Assembly (NCBI GenBank): GCA_964540105.1
Contig: CAZILL010000003.1
Coordinates: 74,035 to 138,034, forward strand
Source of the DNA: an uncultured Ignavibacteriales bacterium
GTDB lineage: Bacteria > Zixibacteria > MSB-5A5 > GN15 > FEB-12
Length of the DNA: 64,000 nucleotides
Direction: 5' to 3'
This document shows positions 7,979 through 17,152 of the stretch, one piece after another. The notes under the pieces are model-generated. The model did no database searches. It saw only the letters and a list, made by a program, of their open reading frames with translations, and was not told the DNA's origin. Both the position numbers and the translations under genes were made by a program. Every line of letters starts with the position of its first letter. The first letter of the stretch is position 1.

Positions 7979-9286
7979 ATGAAACAGAGCAAACAGGACC
8001 ACAAGGTCAGCCATGCGCACCTCAGCGAGCATCAGTCGGCCTTTGACAACGCCCTGAAGCAGTTTGACCGCGCCGCGAGGATCATCAAGCTGACGCCAGA
8101 CCAGGTAGCGATCATCAAGGAGCCGCGCAAGATCACGGAAGTGAAGATTCCTGTACGTATGGACGACGGCTCGGTGCGAATCTTCAAGGGGTATCGGGTG
8201 CAGCATAATATTGCGCGCGGCCCCGCCAAAGGGGGCGTCCGATTTCACCCGGACGTCAATCTCGATGAAGTCAAGGCGCTCGCGTTTTGGATGACCTTCA
8301 AGTGCGCCGTTATTGGCATTCCTATGGGGGGCGGCAAGGGGGGTGTCATTGTCGATCCGCGCAAACTGAGCGCAGGAGAACTGGAGCGCTTGTCACGACG
8401 TTACTTCGCCGACATGATCGAGCTCTTTGGGCCCGACCGCGATGTGCCGGCTCCCGATGTCAATACGAACCCGCAGATCATGGCCTGGTTCATGGACACA
8501 TATTCGATGCATTACGGCGGGGATTATCTTCCTGCAGTTGTCACCGGCAAGCCGCTTGAGTTGGGGGGATCACAGGGGCGCAATTCGGCGACGGCGCAAG
8601 GGATGGTGTTCTGCGTTATTCGAGCCGCGGAGCATTTGAAGATGAAACTTCCCAAGGCGAAGATAGCTATTCAGGGTTTTGGTAATGCGGGATCATTTGC
8701 GGCACTGCTTCTGCATGACCAGGGATGTGTGATCCAGGCGATCTCCGACATCGATGGGGCCTTCTATTCCGAAGAAGGAATCGACCCTCGGTTGGCAATC
8801 AAGCATGTTGAGAAGAATGGGACACTCAAGGGCTTCGATAAGGCGGCCAAGATCAAACGGCTTGGCGATCCTCTGAAACTTCTTGAACTGCCGGTCGACA
8901 TTCTCATCCCAGCTGCCCTCGAGAACCAGATAACCGGCGAAAACGCAGGAAAGATCAAAGCCCGAATCGTGGCGGAGTGCGCGAATGGACCCTGCACTCC
9001 TGAAGCCGACGATATTCTCGAGAAGAGGAAGACTTTCGTCATTCCTGACATCCTCTGCAACGCAGGAGGGGTAGGGGTGTCGTATCTGGAGTGGGTGCAG
9101 AACCGGATGGGGTACTACTGGACCAACGAGCGCGTTCAGGAGGATCTGAAGCGCATGATGGAAAAGGCATTTGCCGACGTTCTGGAGACGGCGCTCACGC
9201 ACGAAGTTCCCATGCGCACGGCAGCGTTCATCATTGCGATTCAGCGAGTGGCCAGAGCTGCCGAGCTTCGCGGGCTCTACGCATAG
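7979..9286 (+). CDS. gdhA: Glutamate dehydrogenase (Glu/Leu/Phe/Val dehydrogenase family)
   Basis: Motifs GPAKGGVRFHP, GIPMGGGKGGV and the Rossmann motif IQGFGNAGS. Start moved to ATG 7979, which has AGGAG just upstream. Confidence 0.9.
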   Translation: MKQSKQDHKVSHAHLSEHQSAFDNALKQFDRAARIIKLTPDQVAIIKEPRKITEVKIPVRMDDGSVRIFKGYRVQHNIARGPAKGGVRFHPDVNLDEVKALAFWMTFKCAVIGIPMGGGKGGVIVDPRKLSAGELERLSRRYFADMIELFGPDRDVPAPDVNTNPQIMAWFMDTYSMHYGGDYLPAVVTGKPLELGGSQGRNSATAQGMVFCVIRAAEHLKMKLPKAKIAIQGFGNAGSFAALLLHDQGCVIQAISDIDGAFYSEEGIDPRLAIKHVEKNGTLKGFDKAAKIKRLGDPLKLLELPVDILIPAALENQITGENAGKIKARIVAECANGPCTPEADDILEKRKTFVIPDILCNAGGVGVSYLEWVQNRMGYYWTNERVQEDLKRMMEKAFADVLETALTHEVPMRTAAFIIAIQRVARAAELRGLYA

Positions 9287-9339
9287 TATTCACTCGATCA
9301 AAGCAGAAGAGAAGGCTGTCGCATGGATGGCCTTCATGC

Positions 9340-10290
9340 TCATGCTCGCTTGAGCAGGGGGTGTGATCGGGAGTTTGACCCGGTCGGGCTGGCAACACGG
9401 ATGTCGTGCGCGAGATGCACTGACGCGTAGGCGTCTTTGATCCCGAATCCATTTCCTTCGAGGGTACGGCGATAGACCTCGGTATGGAGCTCAGTGAAGC
9501 CCTCGGAAAATTCGATCTCAGAGCCGTCGATCGTGATTGAGCGAAACGTAGATTGCCCCTTTTGAATCGCCTCGGCAGGCAGATCTTCATCGTTGATTGA
9601 GAGATACCACTGAATCCGGGCGTGCTCCAGCTCAAGAAATCCGGCAGCGGTACGAGGGGCGCTCGCGTGGACTTCACTCGACTGGACCGGCCCGAAGAGC
9701 CAGATCAGGAGATCGAAGAAGTGAATGCCAATGTTCGTGGCTAAACCGCCGGATCGTTCCACTTGACCCTTCCAGGATACGAGATACCAGCCGCCACGAG
9801 TCGTTACGTACGTCAGGACTACGTCGTGCTTATTGGTCTTGCTCTCCCGGGCGAGTTGATCGTGAAGGGCTATCAATGCCGGGTGAACTCGAAGCTGCAG
9901 GATGGTGCTGACCCTTTGGCCGCTTTCTTGTTCGAGTTCCATGAGTGCGTCGAGATTCCAGGGATTCAGCGCCAGGGGCTTCTCACAGATGGCATCCGCC
10001 CCGATTCTGAGGGCAAAGCGAATGTGGGCGTCGTGGAGGTAATTCGGCGAGCAGATCGAGACAAATTGAACCCTGTGTTCGTCACCCATCCGCCGGAGTT
10101 TTTCGACGTGGCGATCAAACCGTTCGAATTCAGTGAAGAACTTCACGTCAGCGAAGAACCGATCGAGGATGCCGACCGAGTCGTTGGGGTCGACGGCCGC
10201 TATCAACGAGTGGCCGGTATCCTTAATAGCTTTCAGATGACGCGGGGCGATGTAGCCGCCTACGCCCGTGATTGCAAATCGTTTGGACAT
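9340..10290 (-). CDS. Gfo/Idh/MocA oxidoreductase, WbpB/WlbA-like (UDP-sugar 3-dehydrogenase type)
   Basis: The N-terminus MSKRFAITGVGGYIAPRHLKAIKDTGH resembles WbpB-type enzymes. Start at ATG 10290, preceded by GGAAGGAG. Confidence 0.65.
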   Translation of the reverse strand: MSKRFAITGVGGYIAPRHLKAIKDTGHSLIAAVDPNDSVGILDRFFADVKFFTEFERFDRHVEKLRRMGDEHRVQFVSICSPNYLHDAHIRFALRIGADAICEKPLALNPWNLDALMELEQESGQRVSTILQLRVHPALIALHDQLARESKTNKHDVVLTYVTTRGGWYLVSWKGQVERSGGLATNIGIHFFDLLIWLFGPVQSSEVHASAPRTAAGFLELEHARIQWYLSINDEDLPAEAIQKGQSTFRSITIDGSEIEFSEGFTELHTEVYRRTLEGNGFGIKDAYASVHLAHDIRVASPTGSNSRSHPLLKRA

Positions 10291-10465
10291 CAGAGCTCCT
10301 TCCAAGCGTGCCTTCATGATCTGTCTGTGTGCCACGATGAGGGAGGCGCGGGCACGCTATGACCGGGGCCATGATATGCAATGTTGACAGTGTTTGCAAC
10401 CTGTCTTCTGCGGGGTCAACGGGCTTGCTGTGAATAGCAATGGTACGGGCGAAGATGCACGGACT

Positions 10466-13400
10466 CTAAGTCGCCTGCTCGGGAATCAGCGCTCGGTCCA
10501 GCTCACGCCTGACGGCGGCTGCAATAGCTCTGCGGCTCAGAGGTTTCTTTACGAACGCCCCGGCGCCCAGTCGCTGTGCGTCGTCGACCCTGTCTGACTC
10601 CGAGAAGCCGGAAACAATGATCGCTTTCTGGTCGGATCTGATGAGCAACGACTGTCGGTACGTCTCTGTTCCATCGAGATCGCCGGGCATGATCATGTCC
10701 AGAAGCAGAAGATCGTACGCTTCTTCTCGCAAGAGTTCGATTGCCCTGGTGCCACTCTCACAGACCGTTACCTCGTATCCGAGCGTGGTCAGAAGTCGTG
10801 CGGATACGTCGCGCTGGATTTCGTCATCATCCACAATCAGGATGGTCTCGTCTCCGAGCAGTACTTCATCTGAGGCGGCTTCACTCAAGGCGGCCCGGGT
10901 GATCGGGAGATAGAGATAGAACGAGGTGCCCACTCCGACGGTCGTGCTCAGATCGATATGTCCGTCGTGATCCTTCAGCACGGCGTCGACCACGCTCAGG
11001 CCGAGACCGGACCCGCGCCTTCGGTCGGTCGATTTGGTCGTAAAGAAGGGATCGAAGATTTTCTGGACTACATCCTCCGGAATGCCGCACCCGGTGTCGG
11101 AGATGGTAATCTTCGCGTATTCCCCTCGCGGCACGCGACCGTAACAGATCGTGGTGTCATCAACATAGTAGTTTTCCGTCCTAATTGACATCCTTCCAAT
11201 GTCCTGCATCGCATCACGAGCGTTGACAAGAAGGTTCATGACCACCCGATGAAGTTGAGCCGTGCCCCCTTTGACATTCATCAAGTCATCCGCCAGAGTT
11301 GTTTCGATGACCAATGTGTCAGGAATCGGGATCATGTCCCGAAGCACGTCGTGCACAAGTTCGTTGAGATTCAGGATTTCGAGATTATAATGCCCTCGTC
11401 GACTCAGAGTGAGTAGCTGCTGATTGAGATCGGCAATCTTCTGCGCAGAGTCTTCGATGGCGTCGAGAAATTCGATCCCGGGATCACCGACGGGCAGTCG
11501 CTCTCGGATCAGCTCCGGGTAAGCCATTATCGGCGCCAGCATGTTGTTGAAGTCATGCGCCACCTGACCGGCAATCTTGCCCGCAGCTTCAAGCCGCTGG
11601 GCGCGCGACTCCAGATCCTGCAAGCGTCTATTCTCAGTAATATCAATCACCGCCCCAAACGCACCACGATAGTTCTTTTGATCGTCAAATCGAGGCGAGA
11701 TGGAAGCCAGGAGCGATCTTTTGCGTCCTCTGGCTGTGGTTATGTCGATTTCGTACTGAGTGGAGAGTCCCTGCTTCCTGAGATCTGTTTGGGACAGGAC
11801 TTTCGGGCGCTGTTCGACGGAAACAAAGTCGAGCAGGCATCGACCGACCAGTTCCTCGCGTGATGCGGCCTCAAAAAGGTCAACAAAAGCCGGGTTGCAG
11901 TATTGGATAACTTCAAACTGATCAACGACTCCGATTCCTTCCATAACCGAATTGAACAATTGATGATAGCGGCTCTCTGATAGCCGCAGTTCTTCCTCGG
12001 CTCTTTTGCGCACGGTAATGTCCCGCAGAAAACCCACAAGCAGTCCGCCCCGGTCAGGGAGAGACTGGATGCTGATTTCGACGTCGAAGAGGCTCCCGTC
12101 TTTGCGGCGATGACGAGACTCAAAACGATCAGCGCCGTGCGCGAAGATTCCTTGGATGCGCGCGGCCACCTCTGTGGGGGATGTCAGATCGATGTCCGTA
12201 ACATGCTTCGTTAATAGCTCCTGCTCAGTATAGCCACTCATGTGGCAATAGGTGTCGTTGACCTCCAGGAGGTTTCCCCGCACATCCGTCACCCAGAAGC
12301 CATCCATTGCGGTGCGAAGTATGGTCCTATGTTGCTCCTCACTTTCACGCAGAGCATCTTCGGCCCGTTTGCGCTCGGTGATGTCCAGATAGGTTCCCAG
12401 CACCCCGACGACCGTGCCACCTGCATCGCGGAGGGGAACTTTGCTCGTCAGGAGATGGATCTGTTCTCCTGAAGGGGTAGTCTGAGGCTCTTCAAACAGG
12501 AGTTTGGTTAACCCTGTTTCGATTACAGAGCGGTCATCGGCTTGGTAGAGTTCGGCTTGCTCCTTCCAGCCCATAACATGGTCATCCTTGCCAATGAGCT
12601 CCTCCGGTCTCTCGAAGCCTGCATCTCGCGCAAATTGCGCATTGCAACCCAGGAACTTCAGACTCCTGTCTTTCCAGAACACGCGTACCGGTATAGAGTT
12701 GAGGACGGCATGAAGAACTTCGCGCGATTCCCTCAGCGCCTCAACATCTCTCCTGCGGTCGGTGATATCCTGGACGTAACCGAGGTAGTGAGTAACGACG
12801 CCTTCGGGGTTGCGGATTACGATCGTGAAGTCATACAACCACCGATATTCTCCGTCGGCTCGCCGCAGCCGATACTCCTGCTCGAACATCGGAATCTTCT
12901 CGAGAGTGTACCTCTCGACCTCCTGTGCCACGCGCGCGAGATCGTCAGGATGTACTAGATCGGCGAAAGGAGGATCGGCGCTCATCAGCGCTTCTGCGCG
13001 ATGGCCGAATTGGTTGAACACGTTGTGGGACACATATTCCACGGGCCATCCGCTGGTTGCCCGCCATTTGAAAACAACAGTCGGCCCTCCAACAAACAGT
13101 CGTCGTTCTTCCTGCAGGGCGTTTTCAGCGTTCCTCCGTTCGGTAATGTCCCGCAGAAAAGCGACTATGCGTCCTCCTTCGATTGGCAGGTACTGCACCT
13201 GCACTTCGACGTCAAAGACGCTGCAATCCTTGCGACGATGACGAGTTTCAAAGCGATCCAGACCCAGCATGCTGACTCTTTGGAAGTGGACTGCGACATC
13301 ACTTGCGGACTCACAGGCCTCGAGGTCGGAGACACACATCGTTTTCAATTCTTGGACACTATAGCCGCTCATGCGGCTATACGCGTCGTTAACCTCAAGC

Positions 13401-14248
13401 AAGCGCCCGTCAAGATCGATCAAGCAGAAACCATCCATGGCCGTTTCGAGAATGGTTCGGTGCCGATCCTCACTGATGAGCAGCGCCGCCACTGCGGAGT
13501 CTCGCTCAAAGACTCTGCGTCGAATCTTGCGAAGCGCGAGAGCCAAGAACGTAACTCCGATCAGCCAAATTAGTCCCAGCGCAGAGGTGTGCTCGAATAT
13601 CTCGCTGCGAGCTTGAGCGAAGTAAGGTTCGGCCGCAACCGACACCCCTACGCCGCCCCGGATATCACCTTCTCGGTACCCCTGGCTTCCATGACACTTA
13701 AGGCACGGTTTGCCAGTGACCATTGGCCGCATGAGGCGTAAGTAAGGTTCTCCTTTGATCGTGGTAAATTCGCTGACTTCAGTTTCACCCCGCTCGAACG
13801 CTTCGAGCGCCAACCTCTCCCACTCATCAGGAGCATTCTCGGGGCGGAGCGGCTTGGCGCTCGTTATGCGTCCCCTGACGCCGTACAATTCCGCGTAATC
13901 GTCCATCATCTGCCTTACCATGTAGGCCGGATTCATCAGAGTCAGTTGCATCCCGGTGGTCGTCACGACATCACGGAGTGGAAGGTGGGCCAAGTACGGA
14001 TTCGGTGGCGTGTGTTCGGTCGGTGAAACGTAGACGCCCCCTTGCTTTGCTCCCCAGGCTCTGAAGGCCTGATCCTTGTGGAAGTGCGCGCGAGCCTCGT
14101 TTCGGATCAAAGAGCGCTGGTGCTCCATGGCGTTTCTGGACTCCAATACCGCCATGCCAGCCATAAGCGTTGTCCACCCGACCGCAATGACAATTGCGTA
14201 TTTTGTTACAGTGGAGCGATCAGTCTGCTTCTGAGATATCTTGTTCAC
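10466..14248 (-). CDS. Hybrid sensor histidine kinase: TM, DUF3365 (Tll0287-like, CXXCH heme-c) sensor, 5 PAS, HisKA, HATPase, receiver
   Basis: DUF3365-type region ending GKPCLKCHGSQGYREGDIRGG. Five PAS-like segments. H-box VAHDFNNML. ATPase motifs DTGCGIP and GSGLGLSVV. C-terminal receiver domain (ILIVDDD...LLLLDMIMPG...K). Confidence 0.85.
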   Translation of the reverse strand: MNKISQKQTDRSTVTKYAIVIAVGWTTLMAGMAVLESRNAMEHQRSLIRNEARAHFHKDQAFRAWGAKQGGVYVSPTEHTPPNPYLAHLPLRDVVTTTGMQLTLMNPAYMVRQMMDDYAELYGVRGRITSAKPLRPENAPDEWERLALEAFERGETEVSEFTTIKGEPYLRLMRPMVTGKPCLKCHGSQGYREGDIRGGVGVSVAAEPYFAQARSEIFEHTSALGLIWLIGVTFLALALRKIRRRVFERDSAVAALLISEDRHRTILETAMDGFCLIDLDGRLLEVNDAYSRMSGYSVQELKTMCVSDLEACESASDVAVHFQRVSMLGLDRFETRHRRKDCSVFDVEVQVQYLPIEGGRIVAFLRDITERRNAENALQEERRLFVGGPTVVFKWRATSGWPVEYVSHNVFNQFGHRAEALMSADPPFADLVHPDDLARVAQEVERYTLEKIPMFEQEYRLRRADGEYRWLYDFTIVIRNPEGVVTHYLGYVQDITDRRRDVEALRESREVLHAVLNSIPVRVFWKDRSLKFLGCNAQFARDAGFERPEELIGKDDHVMGWKEQAELYQADDRSVIETGLTKLLFEEPQTTPSGEQIHLLTSKVPLRDAGGTVVGVLGTYLDITERKRAEDALRESEEQHRTILRTAMDGFWVTDVRGNLLEVNDTYCHMSGYTEQELLTKHVTDIDLTSPTEVAARIQGIFAHGADRFESRHRRKDGSLFDVEISIQSLPDRGGLLVGFLRDITVRKRAEEELRLSESRYHQLFNSVMEGIGVVDQFEVIQYCNPAFVDLFEAASREELVGRCLLDFVSVEQRPKVLSQTDLRKQGLSTQYEIDITTARGRKRSLLASISPRFDDQKNYRGAFGAVIDITENRRLQDLESRAQRLEAAGKIAGQVAHDFNNMLAPIMAYPELIRERLPVGDPGIEFLDAIEDSAQKIADLNQQLLTLSRRGHYNLEILNLNELVHDVLRDMIPIPDTLVIETTLADDLMNVKGGTAQLHRVVMNLLVNARDAMQDIGRMSIRTENYYVDDTTICYGRVPRGEYAKITISDTGCGIPEDVVQKIFDPFFTTKSTDRRRGSGLGLSVVDAVLKDHDGHIDLSTTVGVGTSFYLYLPITRAALSEAASDEVLLGDETILIVDDDEIQRDVSARLLTTLGYEVTVCESGTRAIELLREEAYDLLLLDMIMPGDLDGTETYRQSLLIRSDQKAIIVSGFSESDRVDDAQRLGAGAFVKKPLSRRAIAAAVRRELDRALIPEQAT

Positions 14249-14636
14249 ATCAGTTCCCGCGCTCTACGGCATCCCATACTTCAATCCTCTCGCGCACTCT
14301 GTTAAAATGCTCGCCCCTGGAAACATCAATTTGGTCATTTTCACAGATCTTCGTCATGGACACAGCAGTCCCCATAGATATTCGTCGGCAGGTTGCTCAG
14401 AAAAATTACCGGGTGGGGTAAAGGATCTGAGTCGTCCTGATGATGGCTTTCGCGAGTAGGTAATCACCCGATCCGCGAGCTATCGAGTCAGAGGTCATCT
14501 GAAGCAGCAACTGATGGGAGCGATTGGGCTCCTACAGGTCGGACTTTGGGAAAAAACAAGTTGCCCGCTGCAGGCGTGGGGCATATTTTGGCGATTCGTT
14601 GAAGAGATTGGGTTTGACGTGAATCAAGAGGAACTT

Positions 14637-15170
14637 ATGAGTGATATAGTACAGAGACTCCTTCCGGAGATCGCCCACATAAAGGACAAGAAACTGCAGG
14701 ATCAAGTCATAGCCTGTTGGCAGGATGCGATGTCGTTTCGCGGCTGGACGGAAGAGCTCCTGCGCAACATTCCGTTCACGCTGCTGGCTGAGAATGTCAA
14801 GATTACATTCATCGATCATGTGCGCGCGGTGTGCAAGATGTGCATTGCGGTCGATCAGGTGCTTGACGAGAGTCACGGGGGGAATAAGACCCGGGTGAAT
14901 CGGGACTACCTCATTGCCGGCGCCTTGCTGGCCGATGTCGGCAAACTCCTTGAATTCGAAATCGTAAACGGTCGAGCGATCAAGTCCAATTATGGGAAGC
15001 AGATCCGCCATCCGTTCTCGGGTGTGGGCCTGGCTTTTAAGCACGGTCTTCCGTCTGAAGTGATGCATATCATCGCTACTCATTCCAAGGAGGGTGTGGG
15101 TGAAAAGCGGAGCCCTGAGAGCATCATCTTTCATCACGCCGACTTCATTGATTTCGATCTCGTGAGCTGA
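14637..15170 (+). CDS. HD-superfamily (HDIG-like) protein with a variant AD dyad
   Basis: Pattern FIDHVRAV...GALLADVGKL...IATHSKEG...IFHHADFIDF. Start at ATG 14637 with AGAGGA upstream. Only 5 nt separate it from the downstream aconitase-family gene. The near-coextensive antisense ORF 14532-15182 is judged spurious. Confidence 0.55.
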   Translation: MSDIVQRLLPEIAHIKDKKLQDQVIACWQDAMSFRGWTEELLRNIPFTLLAENVKITFIDHVRAVCKMCIAVDQVLDESHGGNKTRVNRDYLIAGALLADVGKLLEFEIVNGRAIKSNYGKQIRHPFSGVGLAFKHGLPSEVMHIIATHSKEGVGEKRSPESIIFHHADFIDFDLVS

Positions 15171-15175
15171 GGGGC

Positions 15176-17146
15176 ATGGCACAGAATCTGGTCGAGAAGA
15201 TTGCGCAGAAGCACGCGCTCGGAATAAAGCAGGGCAGTGAAGTGCGGGTTGGCGACTACATTCAGATTGGACCGGCGCACGTCATGACTCATGACAACAC
15301 CGGCGCCGTGATTCCGAAATTCAAGGAAATCGGGGCAACGAAAATGGCCAATGCGCGTCAGCCTGTGTTCACGCTCGACCATGATATTCAAAACAGAACT
15401 GAAAAGAACCTAGCCAAATACGCCAAGATAGCGGCCTTCGCCAGGGAGATGGAGGTGGATTTCTATCCCGCCGGTCGAGGAATCGGACATCAGATCATGT
15501 GCGAAGAAGGATACGTCTGGCCGGGGACGATGGTCGTGGCCTCGGACAGTCACTCCAATATGTACGGAGGGCTCGGTTGTCTGGGAACGCCCATTGTACG
15601 CACTGACGCGGCAGCGATTTGGGCCACCGGACGCACCTGGTGGCAAGTACCGCCTGTCGCACAGGTAAAGCTCACTGGTTCATTGCGAAACGGCGCCACA
15701 GGAAAAGATGTCATTATCGCATTGTGCGGGTTCTTCAACAAGGATGAAGTCCTGAATCACGCGGTGGAATTCGTCGGCGACGGTATCGCCGGTCTCTCGG
15801 TAGATGATCGATTGACGATCGCCAACATGACCACCGAGTGGGGGGCGCTGGCGGGGCTGTTTCCGATTGATGATGTGACCTTCGAGTGGCTCAGCGCTCG
15901 GGCAACGGCTGTGTCGAAAAGGGGACTGGCGGGCGTGCCGTCGGATATTGATGGGGTTGGAGCTAACCCGCGCATCAACGAAGACCGCCTGTCGAAGCTG
16001 ATCAAGGGGCACCTGACCGCGGATACCAAGGCCACATACGCGAAGCATCTCACACTCGATCTCGGCACGGTAACACCATATGTGTCCGGACCGGACCATG
16101 TCAAGGATATGACCTCCATACTTGAGATGCGGAAGCGGAAGGTGGCTATTCACAGGGCATACCTGGTGTCGTGCGTCAACAGTCGGACAGAAGACTTGGC
16201 GGCGGCGGCACGGGTGATCAAAGGTAAGAAAGTTGCCCCCCAGGTCTCGTTTTACATTGCGGCCGCATCGAACGAAGTACAGGCGGAGAGCGAGCGCCGC
16301 GGGGATTGGAAGACGCTGCTGGATGCGGGCGCCAGGGCGCTGCCCCCGGGGTGCGGTCCTTGCATTGGTCTGGGCGAAGGGTTGCTGGAAGATGGGGAAG
16401 TGGGGATTTCGGCGACGAACAGGAATTTCAAGGGTCGCATGGGTTCCCGCTCGGCACAGGCGTATCTTGCCTCTCCACAGGTAGTAGCCGCCTCGGCTGT
16501 GGCGGGCATTATCGATTTACCGGCATGCAGTGATTCAATCACACTGCGAGCCTCGATCGAAGTAGCTCCTGCCATTGACGCACCCCGGATCAAGACAGAG
16601 CTCCTTCCGGGCTTTCCGGCGAAGATTTCCGGCGAACTGATCTTCTGTCACGCGGACAATATTAACACTGATGGCATCTACCCGGGCAAGTACACATACA
16701 ATGACGACTTCACACACGAACAGCAGGCATCGGTCGTTATGGAGAATTACGATCCCTCATTTGGGGAGTTGGTCAGATCGGGTGACATTCTCATTGCCGG
16801 ATTCAACTTTGGGACAGGAAGTTCACGAGAACAGGCAGCGACAGCGCTTAAGTATCGAGGAGTGCAGCTGGTATTGGCCGGGTCCTTCAACGAAACGTAC
16901 AAGAGAAATGCTCTGAACAATGGATTCCTTGCTATCGAAGCGCCAGAACTCGTATTGGCTCTGAAGAAACGGTTTGGCGGCGAACGGCTCAGCGTCCGAA
17001 CTGGCCTGGTTGTTGCGCTTGATTGTGTGGAATCTACCCTGGAGGCAGATGGGATCTCGTACCCGTTTGCGGCGGTGGGCGGAGCGGCACAGGACTTGAT
17101 ACTGTGTGGTGGACTTGAAAACTGGGTCAAGAAGCAGATTCACTGA
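15176..17146 (+). CDS. Aconitase-family hydro-lyase with fused large and small (swivel) domains (homoaconitase / isopropylmalate-isomerase-like)
   Basis: Motifs VASDSHSNMYGGLG, VSCVNSRTEDL and PPGCGPCIGLG (Fe-S cluster cysteines). The C-terminal LeuD-like part is GFNFGTGSSREQAA. Confidence 0.8.
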   Translation: MAQNLVEKIAQKHALGIKQGSEVRVGDYIQIGPAHVMTHDNTGAVIPKFKEIGATKMANARQPVFTLDHDIQNRTEKNLAKYAKIAAFAREMEVDFYPAGRGIGHQIMCEEGYVWPGTMVVASDSHSNMYGGLGCLGTPIVRTDAAAIWATGRTWWQVPPVAQVKLTGSLRNGATGKDVIIALCGFFNKDEVLNHAVEFVGDGIAGLSVDDRLTIANMTTEWGALAGLFPIDDVTFEWLSARATAVSKRGLAGVPSDIDGVGANPRINEDRLSKLIKGHLTADTKATYAKHLTLDLGTVTPYVSGPDHVKDMTSILEMRKRKVAIHRAYLVSCVNSRTEDLAAAARVIKGKKVAPQVSFYIAAASNEVQAESERRGDWKTLLDAGARALPPGCGPCIGLGEGLLEDGEVGISATNRNFKGRMGSRSAQAYLASPQVVAASAVAGIIDLPACSDSITLRASIEVAPAIDAPRIKTELLPGFPAKISGELIFCHADNINTDGIYPGKYTYNDDFTHEQQASVVMENYDPSFGELVRSGDILIAGFNFGTGSSREQAATALKYRGVQLVLAGSFNETYKRNALNNGFLAIEAPELVLALKKRFGGERLSVRTGLVVALDCVESTLEADGISYPFAAVGGAAQDLILCGGLENWVKKQIH

Positions 17147-17152
17147 ATACCG

